Assembly (NCBI RefSeq): GCF_011386835.1
Contig: NC_088796.1
Coordinates: 18,414,001 to 18,478,000 of the forward strand
DNA from: Chrysemys picta bellii
Taxonomy: Eukaryota
Length of the DNA stretch: 64,000 bases
Reading direction: 5' to 3'
The notes beneath the pieces were generated by a model. It ran no database searches, had not been told where the DNA came from, and saw only the letters and a list, made by a program, of their open reading frames with translations. Numbering within the stretch: position 1 is the first letter of the stretch; each line of letters opens with the position of its first letter. The position numbers and the translations under genes are program-made. Shown piece by piece: positions 36,619 through 48,619 of this stretch.

Positions 36619-37363
36619 TAAAAATAAGATTTACTTGTGTTCGTTTTCAGTGTCAGTAAAGGAAGTTCTAAGGTTGAGGGATTTCTTAAAGCAAATGCTT
36701 GTTTGGACTAATTCATGCCAGGCAAAAAGGAAACAGGCATGTTCTGGGGATGGGAGCTTGGACAGTTTAACTTTTACACTTCTTTTTATTATAACTAACT
36801 GGCTATTTACATGCTTTTTCTGGTTCACACATCTAGAAAATTGTTAACTAAATCCTCATGCATATTCTTTTTCTTAAATTGATTGTATCAATAATAAACC
36901 TCCTCTAATTCAGGGTAGCTGTTGATGCTCAAGCAAAATATATTGGAAATCTTAAAATATAGTTCTACTTCAAAAAGTAATTCTAGGCATGGCTTGGTGG
37001 TGGAAGGTTTATGATTATTGTCTTTCATATACTTTTATTTTATCCCAATAAACTGATGCTGTAAGGGCTTTGCATATATAGCTCCTCTCATTGCTTAACT
37101 TGCAAGTGGAAGAATGCAAACAGATCCAGATTCTGAAAGACAAACTGGGTTCTTTCTGAGTTATTGTGAGATCAAGGCCCTATGGTGTCTGTATATGCAT
37201 ATGATAAGAGACCATCTCTTCCCCTAAAATTTACATTCTAATTAGACATGACAGACAAAGCCTAGGAGAAAGAAAGGATTATTAGTCCATTTTGCAGATG
37301 GGAAACTGAATTATAGAGAACAGGAGTACTTGTGGCACCTTAGAGACTAACAAATTTATTAGA

Positions 37364-37403
37364 GCATAAGCTTTCGTGGACTACAGCCCACTTCTTCAGA
37401 TGC
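37364..37403 (-). ncRNA. Minimal type I hammerhead ribozyme motif in the PLE pLTR
   Basis: Minus strand GCAU-CUGAAGA-A-GUGGG(CUGUAG)UCCAC-GAAA-GC-UU-AUGC: helix I GCAU/AUGC, CUGANGA and GAAA core, 5-bp helix II, palindromic AGCU helix III. Activity not shown. Confidence 0.7.
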
Positions 37404-37595
37404 ATATAGAGTGAAACATATATTGAGGAGATATATATATACACAAATACAGAGAGCATGAACAGGTGGGAGTTGTCTTACCAACTCTGAGAGGCCAATT
37501 AAGTAAGAGAAAAAAACTTTTGAAGTGATAATCAAGATAGCCCAGTACAGACAGTTTGATAAGAAGTGTGAGAATACTTACAAGGGGAGATAGAT

Positions 37596-39210
37596 TCAAT
37601 GTTTGTAATGGCTCAGCCATTCCCAGTCCTTATTTAATCCTGAGTTGATTGTATCTAGTTTGCAGATCAATTCCAGCTCAGCAGTCTCTCGTTGGAGTCT
37701 GTTTTTGAAGTTTTTCTGTTGTAAGATAGCCACCTGCAGGTCTGTCATTGAATGGCCAGACAGGTTAAAGTGTTCTCCCACTGGTTTTTGAGTATTATGA
37801 TTCCTGATGTCAGATTTGTGTCCATTAATTCTTTTGTGGAGAGACTGTCCGGTTTGGCCAATGTACATGGCAGAGGGGCATTGCTGGCACATGATGGCAT
37901 ATATCACATTGGTAGATGTGCAGGTGAACGAGCCCCTGATGGCATGGCTGATGTGATTAGGTCCTATGATGATGTCACTTGAATAGATATGTGGACAGAG
38001 TTGGCATCGGGCTTTGTTACAAGGATAGGTTCCTGGGTCAGTGTTTTTGTTCAGTGATGTGTGGTTGCTGGTGAGTATTTGCTTTAGGTTGGGGGGGTTG
38101 TCTGTAAGCGAGGACAGGTCTGTCTCCCAAGATCTGTGAGAGTAAAGGATCATCTTTCAGGATAGGTTGTAGATCTCTGATGATGCGCTGGAGAGGTTTT
38201 AGTTGGGGGCTGAAGGTGACAGCTAGTGGTGTTCTATTTTCTTTGTTGGGCCTGTCTTGTAGAAGGTGACTTCTGGGTACTCGTCTGGCTCTGTCAATCT
38301 GTTTTTTCACTTCAGCAGGTGGGTATTGTAGTTTTAAGAATGCTTGATAAAGATCTTGTAGGTGCTTGTCTCTATCTGAGGGATTGGAGCAAATGCGGTT
38401 ATATCTTAGAGCTTGGCTGTAGACAATGGATCGTGTGGTGTGTCCTGGATGGAAGCTGGAGGCATGTAGGTAAGTGTAGCGGTCAGTAGGTTTCCGGTAT
38501 AGGGTGGTATTTATGTGACCATCGCTTATTAGCACAGTAGTGTCCAGGAAATGGACCGCTTGTGTGGATTGATCTAGGCTGAGGTTGATGGTGGGATGGA
38601 AATTATTGAAATCATGGTGGAATTCCTCAAGGGCTTCTTTTCCATGGGTCCAGATGATGAAGATGTCATCAATGTAGCGCAAGTAGAGTAGGGGCATTAG
38701 GGGATGAGAGCTAAGGAAGCATTGTTCTAAGTCAGCCATAAAAATGTTGGCATACTGTGGGACCATGCGGGTACCCATAGCAGTGCCGCTGACTTGAAAG
38801 TATATATTGTCCCCAAATGTGAAATAGTTGTGGGTGAGGACAAAGTCACAAAGTTCAGCCACCAGGTTAGCTGTGACATTATCGGGGATACTGTTCCTGA
38901 TAGCTTGTAGTCCATCTTTGTGTGGAATATTGGTGTAGAGGGCTTCTACGTCCATAGTGGCCAGGATGGTGTTTTCTGGAAGATCACCAATGGATTGTAG
39001 TTTCCTCAGGAAGTCAGTGGTGTCTTGAAGATAGCTGGGAGTGCTGGTAGCATAGGGTCTGAGGAGAGAGTCCACATAACCAGACAAGCCTGATGTTAGG
39101 GTGCCAATGCCTGAGATGATGGGGCGTCCAGGATTTCCAGGTTTATGGATCTTGGGTAGCAAATAGAATACCCCTGGTCGGGGTTCTAGGCATGTGTCTG
39201 TACAGATTTG
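37596..39210 (-). pseudogene. PLE reverse transcriptase + Cys-rich linker + GIY-YIG endonuclease (5'-truncated, one frameshift)
   Basis: ORF 38038-39162: LPKIHK..GRPIISG, TMDVEALYTNIP, GTAMGT, YLRYIDD. ORF 37596-38153: PCNKARCQLC..FTC..VIYAIMCQQC..MYIGQT..R. The two frames join by a +1 shift in the G7 run at 38091-38097. Confidence 0.95.
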
Positions 39211-40081
39211 TTCAAAAACCAGTGGGAGAACACTTTAACCTGTCTGGCCATTCAATGACAGACCTGCGGGTGGCTATCTTACAACAGAAAAACTTCAAAA
39301 ACAGACTCCAACGAGAGTCTAAATTTGTTAGTCTCTAAGGTGCCACAAGTACTCCTGTTCTTTTTGCGGATACAGACTAACACGGCTGCAACTCTGAAAC
39401 CTGAATTATAGAGGTTAAGGAACTTTTTCAAGATCATACAAAAAGTCTATGGAAGAACTGGAATTTCATCCCATGTTTTATGGGTCCCTGTAAAGTGCCT
39501 TGACCACAAGACTATCCATCCTAGATGACGCACCATCAAACGCTACCCTGAGTTAGTTGAGGTGTATTATTGGTACAATCAATTTAACATAAAGACTATG
39601 CAGGGGTATTTAGTTAACAATTCTCGATGTGTGAACCAGAAAAGGCATGTGAATAGCCAGGTAGTTATACAGGGTCTATTTCGTCTTAGCTGGGAAATTT
39701 CAGTTATCTCAATTGTTTCCACTAAAGGAGTTCAGGCATATCATGATAAATTTGTTATAGAACAACCATCTAAATGTGAAGTGTAATACAATTACAAAAT
39801 GTGTTATTTGATTTCCTATCAATAAGTTAAGTGTCTGTAGTTTTAATTTCACACGCTATCAAGTTCCTTTATAATACACTTAGAATTTGCATCTTATTAT
39901 TTCATATTCATGTGCACACACACAAAAAGCCACGAATTGTTTGGGCCATTCTGTCTTACTTACTGGTACATCTGTTGCTTTATTTAGAATTGTGTGATTA
40001 GAAAAACGTAAGTCGTCTTAATATTTTTAACACTGGGCTTCATTGAACTGTCAGTGCTGTGTGCTGAGCTAATGCTTCTTA

Positions 40082-40210
40082 GGGTGAAATTCACTGTATG
40101 CAGAGGAACAACACAAGGCCAAAGCACTATGTGAGTCTCACTTCAGCTTTTTAAGGCCATGTGGTGCATTGGCCTAGAGCTGGCCTTCTGCACAGGAGCG
40201 AATTTCACCC
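40082..40210. mobile_element. Short Harbinger-type MITE
   Basis: TTA|GGGTGAAATTC ... GAATTTCACCC|TGA. Confidence 0.65.
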
Positions 40211-41834
40211 TGAGAGTATTGTTAATGACAGAGAGCATGCAATCAGTTCCAGCAATGAAGCCAGGCAGGTAATAGTTTATTTATAAAAGTTAAGAGAAAC
40301 ACATACGGCTACGTTTTGCAAAAGCAGTTTTGGAAAGGAAGTCTAGATCACACAGTATAGTATATTGTAGCTTTCACTGCACCAGCTGTCATGGGGATGT
40401 GTGAGTGCCTAGGTGCCCCATGCCAGCAGCTGGATGCAAACTGCCTGCAGAGGACAGAGGCTCTCAGAGATGTTCTGCCTGCAAGCTGAGGAGCAGCAAT
40501 TCTCCTGTGCAGAATGCACTTCCTCCTAGTGGTGACCTTGGACAACCAGTCTATGTGCAAGAGATGGGGATGACCATATCCCCAACCTGGCCCAGCCACA
40601 TCTCTTGTGAGGTATACAGCATCTCTGATGGTCCTAACACTCCTGCGCCATGTTCTCAAAGGGCTTTATGGAAAGCCCATTGCAGACAATGGAAAACTTG
40701 TATTGACTTTGAGGAGTTTCAGATCAGGGCTAAAGAATACAAATTGAGGGATTCTAATTGCCCATCCCTTAAGGATGATTCCTTCTCGCCTCTTTGCACA
40801 CCCATGCAAGAGCATCTAGTATCTGGCTTACTGACTACAGATGGAAAGACCTATGGTTCATCTAGTTCAGTGCTTCTCAACTGGTGAGGTCACAAAAGGC
40901 AATCAAGGGATCGTGAGGCATTGAAAAGGTTGTTACAATCGAAAGCAATACATTTTCCAGAATAACTTCAGGGCAGCCAAAAAGTCAAAGTTTGTGAAGT
41001 TAAATGTAGTAATTGTACTAGAAACTCCACCATTTTCACCACCCTGCAGTTAATCTCTACCACTACCTCATTCCCCAACTCCCAACAGTGATGTCTTGCA
41101 TACCCACAAGTTCCACCTCACTTAAAAACTACTTGCTTACAAAATCAGACATAAAAATACAGAAGTGTCACAGCACAGAATTACTGAAAAATTGCTTACT
41201 TTCCCATCTGAGTAGAGCTGGTTCAATATTGCAAAACCCAGTGTTCAAAAACACTGGCTTGAACTCCCAGTAACTATTCATTTCCAGCACATTCATACTG
41301 CTTTTTATTTGCTGTCTGTGAAATTGTGCATTAATGGGAGTTTCTTTACATAAGTATTTTGAGAATGGCAGTTCTTCATTTGAATGCCTGTATTCACCTA
41401 TGAATGAGAGTATTCACGCACTAACAAGAGTGTTTGTTATTCGTTCATCCCTATTGATTACCTTATATAAAATATTTTACTCATCCAATCAGAGGGCCGA
41501 AAATAAAAACCCAAGCGACTTTGGTAACCACTCACACACCACAAATGAGTAACAAACATTTGCAGACAGCCCACAGGCTGAAAACGGTTCATCCAAACTA
41601 GTTAGTGAATACTTGTAAAACAGTTATCAGGATTTGTGCAGAAATCAATTGCGTACAGAACACAACGGCAAAATCCATCAGGTAATATATTTCTAGTGAA
41701 TAATTTGACTAGTTCTGCTCCTGAGCTTGCAAAATATGTCTGGAAATGTCACAAGAGGCAGTTTTCTCAGGAATTTTCCCTTGGCCACTGTTTCTGGTTG
41801 GGCCAGAAATACCACAAGAATCAATTTTGGCATG

Positions 41835-42312
41835 TATAAGAGGGGTAGCCATGTTAGTCTGGATCTGTAAAAGCAGCAAAGAGTCCTGTGGCACCTTATA
41901 GACTAACAGACATATTGGAGCATGAGCTTTCGTGGGTGAATATCCACTTCGTCAGATGCATGTAATGGAAATTTCCAGAGGCAGGTATAAATATGCAAGC
42001 AAGAGTGAGTCAGGCTAGAGATAACAAGGTTAGTTCAATCAGGGAGGATGAGGCCCTCTTCTAGCAGTTGAGGTGTGAACACCAAGGGAGAAGAAACTGC
42101 TTTTGTAGTTGGCTAGCCATTCACAGTCTTTGTTTAATCATGAGCTGATGGTGTCAAATTTGCAGATGAACTGAAGCTCGGCAGTTTCTCTTTGAAGTCT
42201 GGTCCTGACGTTTTTTTGCTGCAGGATGGCTACCTTTAAATCTGCTATTGTGTGTCTAGGGAGATTGAAGTGTTCTCCTACAGGTTTTTGTATATTGTAT
42301 ATTTTGTATATT
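41835..42312 (-). mobile_element. Penelope-like element 3' fragment, second subfamily
   Basis: ORF 42138-42344 (KPVGEHFNLP..LQRETAELQFICKFDT) is a GIY-YIG C-terminus. The pLTR is a distinct variant. Probable TSD ATTTTGGCATG / ATTTTGTCATG (41824-41834, 42313-42323). Confidence 0.85.
41920..41959 (-). ncRNA. Minimal hammerhead ribozyme motif (subfamily 2)
   Basis: Minus strand GCAU-CUGACGA-A-GUGG(AUAUUCAC)CCAC-GAAA-GC-UC-AUGC. Core intact, predicted CUC cleavage triplet. Confidence 0.7.
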
Positions 42313-45189
42313 ATTTTGTCATGGTTTTTCACCAGTGCAAGCACAGACTACAAGGAAAGCACAAACAGAGGTTTAGAAGAAACGGGAGGAGGGGGATGGG
42401 TCTTATATTTTGTACATGCAAGAGTCCAGACACCTGCGCTTTGCCATCACCATTAACAAAATTCAGAATAAGCTGATGTTATCAAAACTTCTTGCTGTCA
42501 AATGTCAGAGCTGAACATGACGAGTAGCTATTGACAGAAGTGTGTGAGATGGAGAGCTTCAAGAGTTGGTACAAATCAGAAGACACATTTGCCTGAAATG
42601 CTCCCTGAAAACACTCAGAGTAGACGTTTCAACAGTATTTCTACTACTCATCAAGAAGAGAAAATACCAAGCTTCAGGTTTCGCTAAAAGGATTTCAATG
42701 AGACAAGTAAAATGAAAAGGAGGGAAATGCTTCCAGTAAATAAGACACTCTACATTATTTTTTTCTGTGCCGAAATTGCACCAAAACATTTCACTGAGAT
42801 GCAGGTAATTGGCCAAAATGTGCTTTCTGCAGCTCAATTTAGAGTCGTTTCTCAAATCTTTTTGACTCGGCATGGAAGGTTAATGATGATACAGTTGCTG
42901 AGGGTTTATAGCATGACATGAAATGAACCTCTGAGTCACATAAAACAGTAGGAATACAAAACAAAGCTAGACATTATATCAAATTTTTCTGTAAAACAAT
43001 GATTAGAGGAATGAGAATATGCTCGTTTAAACAATTCACCTGCAATCAATGACTAGTGAGACCACCCACAGGCATTAAGAATGAAATTGCCTTATATGAA
43101 TCATATATGAGTGCAATGGTTCCTTAGAATATATGCTATCTACCTATGCCAAACAATCTGTTCCACCTTGCATTTAGCTATGACGCTTGGCGTGCCTGTC
43201 CCAGACCTGAAGAAAAAAGCTTGTCTCTCACAAGAAGTTCATCCAGTAAAAGATATTAGCTCACCCAACTTGTTTGTCTATAAATCATACAGTCATAGAT
43301 GTTAGAGATGGGAAAGACCATTTAGGTTTTCTAGTCCATCTTCCTGCAATTGTAGTACAGTTCTTTAAAGTAGATTTTCAAATATTTTTTCCAGTCTAGA
43401 AAAACAAACTTCCTACAAAAGTTTTCCACAACCTCTTTAAGAAAGCATTCCTGACAGTCTGCCTATTTTTTTCCTCTTAATTTTTTATAATTATACCTAT
43501 TTATATCCTCTTCTGTCACCTTAACGATTTGTTCTCCATCTTGGGGTTTACATCACCTTCAAAACTGTCACTACCTCCGCAAGTCATCACTCAGTCAAGC
43601 AATAGATCTATAACTCTTTCATCATTCCTCACAAATGCATCCCTTCAGCTTCCTGATCATTTTTGTTACTCTTCTTTGGACTTTCAACCTCTTGATAAGA
43701 GGACTAGAAAGCAACGTTGTGAGGTCAGTCTACACTAGCTCTTAGTGACATCAACAGAAATGACTACCGCATCATAATCACTGTGATTGTGGTTATAAAC
43801 ATATTGTCATCTTCTGAGTCAATGAACATGCACTAAAGTAATTAATACTAGGTGAACCTCTAAAGGTTTACAGGATAGAAAAAGTTAGGTTAGGTGCTCA
43901 AAAATCTGGATGTTTATCTGGACCATTCAAACATTTTGATGTCGGGAAACTAAGCTGGAGTTCCCATGATATTTCTGGTACATCTGCGTCCAGTTCCATC
44001 CATGTGACAATGGGGTGCATGGTGAACAAATGTAACATTCATAAAAAATCCCATTTAAAGTAACAAAATCTATTCATCAGAAAATGAGACTGGGATTTGA
44101 AATAGTAGATAAAACCGCACTTTGTTGATCATTAGCATGCTTGTTATATAGTCCATTATAACGTCTCCACCAACATCTACCCTTATATTGAGAAAAGCAG
44201 CATTGCCAGGGTGATGGGAAAAGGGAAGGGAACCATAATAAACAGCCTGAGGTTCTTAAGTCAGATTCCTCAGAGATGACCATTTATTGCAAGAGCTGGG
44301 CAAAAAAGTTTGGGCGAATAGTTTATTCGCCGAAATATGCAGTTTGGGGTGACTCAAAACTATTCACAAATTCATGTGGAGTTTGCCAAAAAGCTTCAAC
44401 TACACAAAAATAAAATCTAAATGTTTTGGAAATGTTAAAACATTGTTTCATTCCAGCTCTTTTTTTTTCACTTTTCAATTCACCAAAAATTTGAAAAATA
44501 GGATTTACAGTTTGAACCAAATGAAACTTTTAAATGTTTTATAGTTGCTAGCATACCAAAAATTCCAATATTCAACCATCTTGGTTGCCTTACGCAGGTT
44601 TGCTAGTACTTGCTGTAACCACAATGGCCACACATATACCACATCTTTTGGAGCTAAGTGATTTTCTCTTACTTTTCAGATCAGACTGAGATTTCTAGGT
44701 ATTTCAATTGGGACAATAATCAACTGTAGACAGGCTGAGTGAAAAAATACATATTCTATCCCCAAGGTTAAACATCTGTTCACTACATATCCAAGCCCAA
44801 CTAAGGGGTTCCTGTGAGCTGATGTGTTGATGCAACAGCACCTTTGGCCAGATGGAGCATTGCACCAGAGTTCACTTGATCTGGCGGGGGGCTTGGTCAG
44901 TTCCCCTTGCCTGAGTTCCACTGAAGTATGGGGTTTGCCTCTGCTACTAGATGAGGTCAGCAACTCCTGGTACTCAAGGGGTCTGGAAGTCCCCTCAGGT
45001 CCTTAAATCTCTCAGGAGTTGCTAGGGGAACCCAGGCCCACCCACTCCAATGGGATCTAGCTCAGGGCTCTTAAGACAGACTCCCCAACTCTTTCTGTAT
45101 TCTGAGCACCTTTCTACCTTCCCTAGTTTCTGCAGGAATTTTCAGCCTGTAAATCCAGTTGTCCCTTCTCAGGATGTTGTCTCTGTGAG

Positions 45190-45426
45190 CAGGGCCGGCT
45201 CCAGGGTTTTGGCCGCCCCAAGCAGTCTCAAAAAAAATTTTTTTTTTAATTTAAAAAAAAAACGCGATCGTGATCTGCAGCGGCAATTCGGCGGGAGGTC
45301 CTTCGCTCCAAGCAGGAGTGAGGGACCATCCGCCGAATTGCTGCCAAATAGCTTGATGTGCCGCCCATCTCCAGAGTGGCCGCTCCAAGCACCTGCTTGA
45401 CAGGCTGGTGCCTGGAGACAGCCCTG
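45190..45426. mobile_element. hAT MITE (CAGGGCCGGCTC TIR family)
   Basis: CAGGGCCGGCTCCAGG / CCTGGAGACAGCCCTG. Perfect 8-bp TSD TCTGTGAG at 45182-45189 and 45427-45434. Confidence 0.85.
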
Positions 45427-46182
45427 TCTGTGAGGCTTCTCTGCTGCTTGCTGGCCAAAGTTTCCTTCTCCAGTCTGCTTGCTCCTCTGGCAGCTGCCCC
45501 ACCTCTGCTTTCCAGCTCTTTTATTCTCCCATCTGCTGTGAGGCTGCCCACCGGCTCTGGCCCAGCAGTACCTGCATTAACCCCTTGGTTATTATCTCAA
45601 ATAATATTACATATGGGAGAGATATCCAAAGCTCTCTCAGGGATTTAGATGCCTAATTTCCATCTCATTACTGGGAATTGGGTATACAGACTCTATAGAT
45701 GTCTTTGAAAATCTCCCTTTCATTTCTTTAAAAAAATAAAATAGGATAGAGTTTATTTTGTTTCTTTCTTAAATTGAAAATGCTCTTTTCAAGCCACCTT
45801 TCAGATGTCAATAATTTTTATACAGTCCAATAACACAATCTTAGAGTTATTTCCATATTTTTGCAGCCTTGCATTATTTTGCAGTACACATGAGCTTCTT
45901 GCTCATGTTCCTAAATGTTTACAGTTTGGCAATACTAAAATTGTCTTAAGAGCCAATGTGCCAAAATGAAACATCACCAGAAATCCTATGCTCATTGTCA
46001 TTCTCATTCTCAATTCTGTATCTTCTCACAATAGTCCCCATTATGGCACGAGACATTTGTTTCAGAAAGTTATGATTATAATGAACTGTAGTTTAGAATG
46101 CAAATAACACTTAGAGAATTTGTAAGTTGGGATCACAGCCACAAAGTTCCCTTTCTTTGCTACTTTTTTCCTTTCCCCCTGA

Positions 46183-46580
46183 TAGGGTGACCATATTTCC
46201 TAGAGAGAAAACAGGACAACCCCAGCCGCTCGCCAGAGGCGCCCACCCCCCCATGCTTTTGCCCATCTGGAACCCTGCCCCCACCCCCCGCGTGAAGCTG
46301 TTGCCCTGTCACTGGAACCCTGTGGGGGCCCCTCATGCTGGAACACTGCTTCCCCCACATCCGAGCCCTGCCTTCCCCCTGCGCGGGGTTGGCATCTCCT
46401 TTCGACTCCTCCACACTGCACCCTACTTTTTTGACAAAAGTGGACATTAGTCCTGTTTGCTTTTGCCAACTGATCAAGTCAGCAAGAGCAAATGGGACAA
46501 ATGCATCCTTTGTCAGGATGGCTGGGACAAGGCTTAAAAAGGGGACTGTCCTGACCAAAACAGGACATATGGTCACCCTA
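46183..46580. mobile_element. hAT-Blackjack-like MITE
   Basis: TAGGGTGACCATAT / ATATGGTCACCCTA TIR. Flanks CCCCCTGA / CCCCCAAT are a 5/8 match. Confidence 0.7.
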
Positions 46581-46802
46581 CCCCCAATCACTTGAAATTC
46601 AAATCCAGTGCAACCACATTAGCAATGAGGAACTGATTCATGGCATGCTTATGATTCTCTAGGCATCCCATTGTAATGTAGCATTAGATAACAGCTGATG
46701 GCAATTTATAGTAATAGTGGTCCACCACCATTTATAAATGCTTTCACTGAAAAGGTTTTATATTGTTTCCCACGCATTTGATTTCTAAATGTCTGTCTCT
46801 CT

Positions 46803-47101
46803 GGATATGTCTACACTGCAGCTTGGAGGTGTGACTGCAGCACGCTTAGGATCTTACCTGAGCTGGCTTGAGTAAGCCTGGTCACAGGCTAAAAACAGCA
46901 GAGTGACTAAGGTGGCATGGATGGTGGCATTTGCTAGCTGCTCTAGTACAATCCCTTCCAGGCCTCTTGGTACATACATGGGCAGCTAGCCCAGTCTTCC
47001 ACCTGCGCCACCCTGGCTATGCAGCTGTTTTTAGGGAGCTGGCTCAGGTGTGCCTAACACATGCTGCAATCATACCACTCGACTGCAGTTTAGACATACC
47101 T
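46803..47101. mobile_element. PIF/Harbinger-type MITE, older family
   Basis: GGATATGTCTACACTGCAG / CTGCAGTTTAGACATACC termini. Confidence 0.65.
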
Positions 47102-47807
47102 CTGAGAGAAAGAATTGTGACCCTGCTGGGGTGGGGGAGGGGGAGAGAGAGAGAGAAAGGAATCACGCACTGATTGAAGGATCACAATTCCATTTCATGG
47201 CAACTTTCATGGTTTCAAAACTTGTTTTTGTTCCACGCTGGAATGAAAACAAAACCTTTCTAACATTTTCACGAAAACAAAATTGCATCTGGGGATTTGG
47301 GATGTGGAAGATGCAGGTTCTAGGCCCTGCTCTACCTGATTCAGAGCAGAGTTTTTCATTGCAGAGCAGGGACTTGAATCTGGATTTCCTAGGCCAATAC
47401 CCTGACCACCCAGCTGTCGAGAGAGTCAGTCTCTCGCCTCTGATTGATGAAAATTTTGTCCAAAAAATGGTACATTTCCAGGGAAAGTTTTTATTTTGCC
47501 AGAACAGCACATTATATTGCAAATGTTCTGAACAGCGCTCTCTCTGCATTCACACACATTATATAGGCATATGTGCCAGTATGTATCTAAGGATATATTA
47601 TATATTGTAGTTAGAGATAGGGCTAGACAAAGAGAGAAAGATCTTGACGTAAGCAAGGAGGTCACTGTATGCTGTACAAGCTGTAGGTTTTCAGTATCCT
47701 TCAAGTAACTCCAGGTACGATGCAGGCACAGGTCACATGCATGATGACTATGGCAAGGTCCACATCAGAGAGAAGTGGTCATAATCATCACACCAAAAGG
47801 GATAGGT

Positions 47808-48022
47808 CAGTAGTTCTCATCTGGGGGGCCATGGCCCACTGCGGGACTGTGAACCATTTCAGGGCATCTGCCAAGCAGGGTCACTCAGAATCCCAAGCCC
47901 AGATGCCCTGGGGGGCTGGAGCCTGGAGACCCAGTTCCCCAAGCCCCAGCAGAAGCCCTCCACTGGGCCATGGAGTTTTTATAGCATGTGGGGGTGGCCT
48001 CCAAAAAGATTGAGAACCCCTG
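47808..48022. mobile_element. hAT-Charlie-like MITE
   Basis: CAGTAGTTCTCA / TGAGAACCCCTG TIR. Flanks GGATAGGT / GTATAGAT are a 6/8 match. Confidence 0.7.
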
Positions 48023-48619
48023 GTATAGATGACCAAGGATAATCAAAAACTCAGACTTGCCCCTTAAGTGATAATCACATAGGCGTGTATGGCATGTAGT
48101 CCTTCTGTCATAGCGTAGCTGGCCCTTCTGAGTAGAAATGGTCCCAGCTCCCCTGTGTCAGAACAGATGAACCCAATCCAGCCAATTAAAGGGGGCAGGG
48201 CTACACTGGGCCTATACAGGCCTGCCAGAGGGCAGGAAATAGGGAGTGGAAGAGAGTGATGGGGACAGGGCTATGCCTGGGCAAGGGAAGCCATGGTAGA
48301 GTGGAGCTAACTCCTGTGGTGGGTTTCTGAAGCAAGGGGCTATGTGCTCAGGGAGGCAGCCCTGGAACTACTGTACTAGGAAGGAAGTAGAGCTGATTCA
48401 AACAGGAAAGCTGCCAGGAGTAGGATAGCAGAGACCCAGGGGAGGCCCTGAAGCCTGAGAGAAAGGTGTGAGTTTAAAGACTGGGGACTGTTTGTTTACA
48501 TGCCTGTGTTAAGAGGAAGGAAACTGGTTATGGCAGCAAGTGTTTGGAGCTGGGGAGAAGCCCTGCTCTGTGACACACACTCACTCATAAAGGTTGACAA
48601 AATCCCAACTATGCTCTAG

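Larger units (their letters stand above)
37319..39400 (-). mobile_element. Penelope-like retroelement (Neptune-type layout), 5'-truncated with inverted segments
   Basis: pLTR at the left end, RT and GIY-YIG ORF, inverted internal segment 39212-39317, inverted pLTR to ~39400. 13-bp duplication CTGAATTATAGAG at 37306-37318 and 39401-39413, inside a MIR-like core. Confidence 0.95.

Noticed and set aside
37752-38489. Plus-strand ORFs 37752-37982 and 38226-38489
   Set aside because: They are antisense shadows of the PLE RT/EN coding sequence.
40405-40887. 160-aa ORF
   Set aside because: No recognisable domain, no convincing splice context and no coding-like periodicity.
47050-47610. 186-aa ORF
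   Set aside because: It spans a MITE end, a GA microsatellite and another repeat, so it is a chance read-through.
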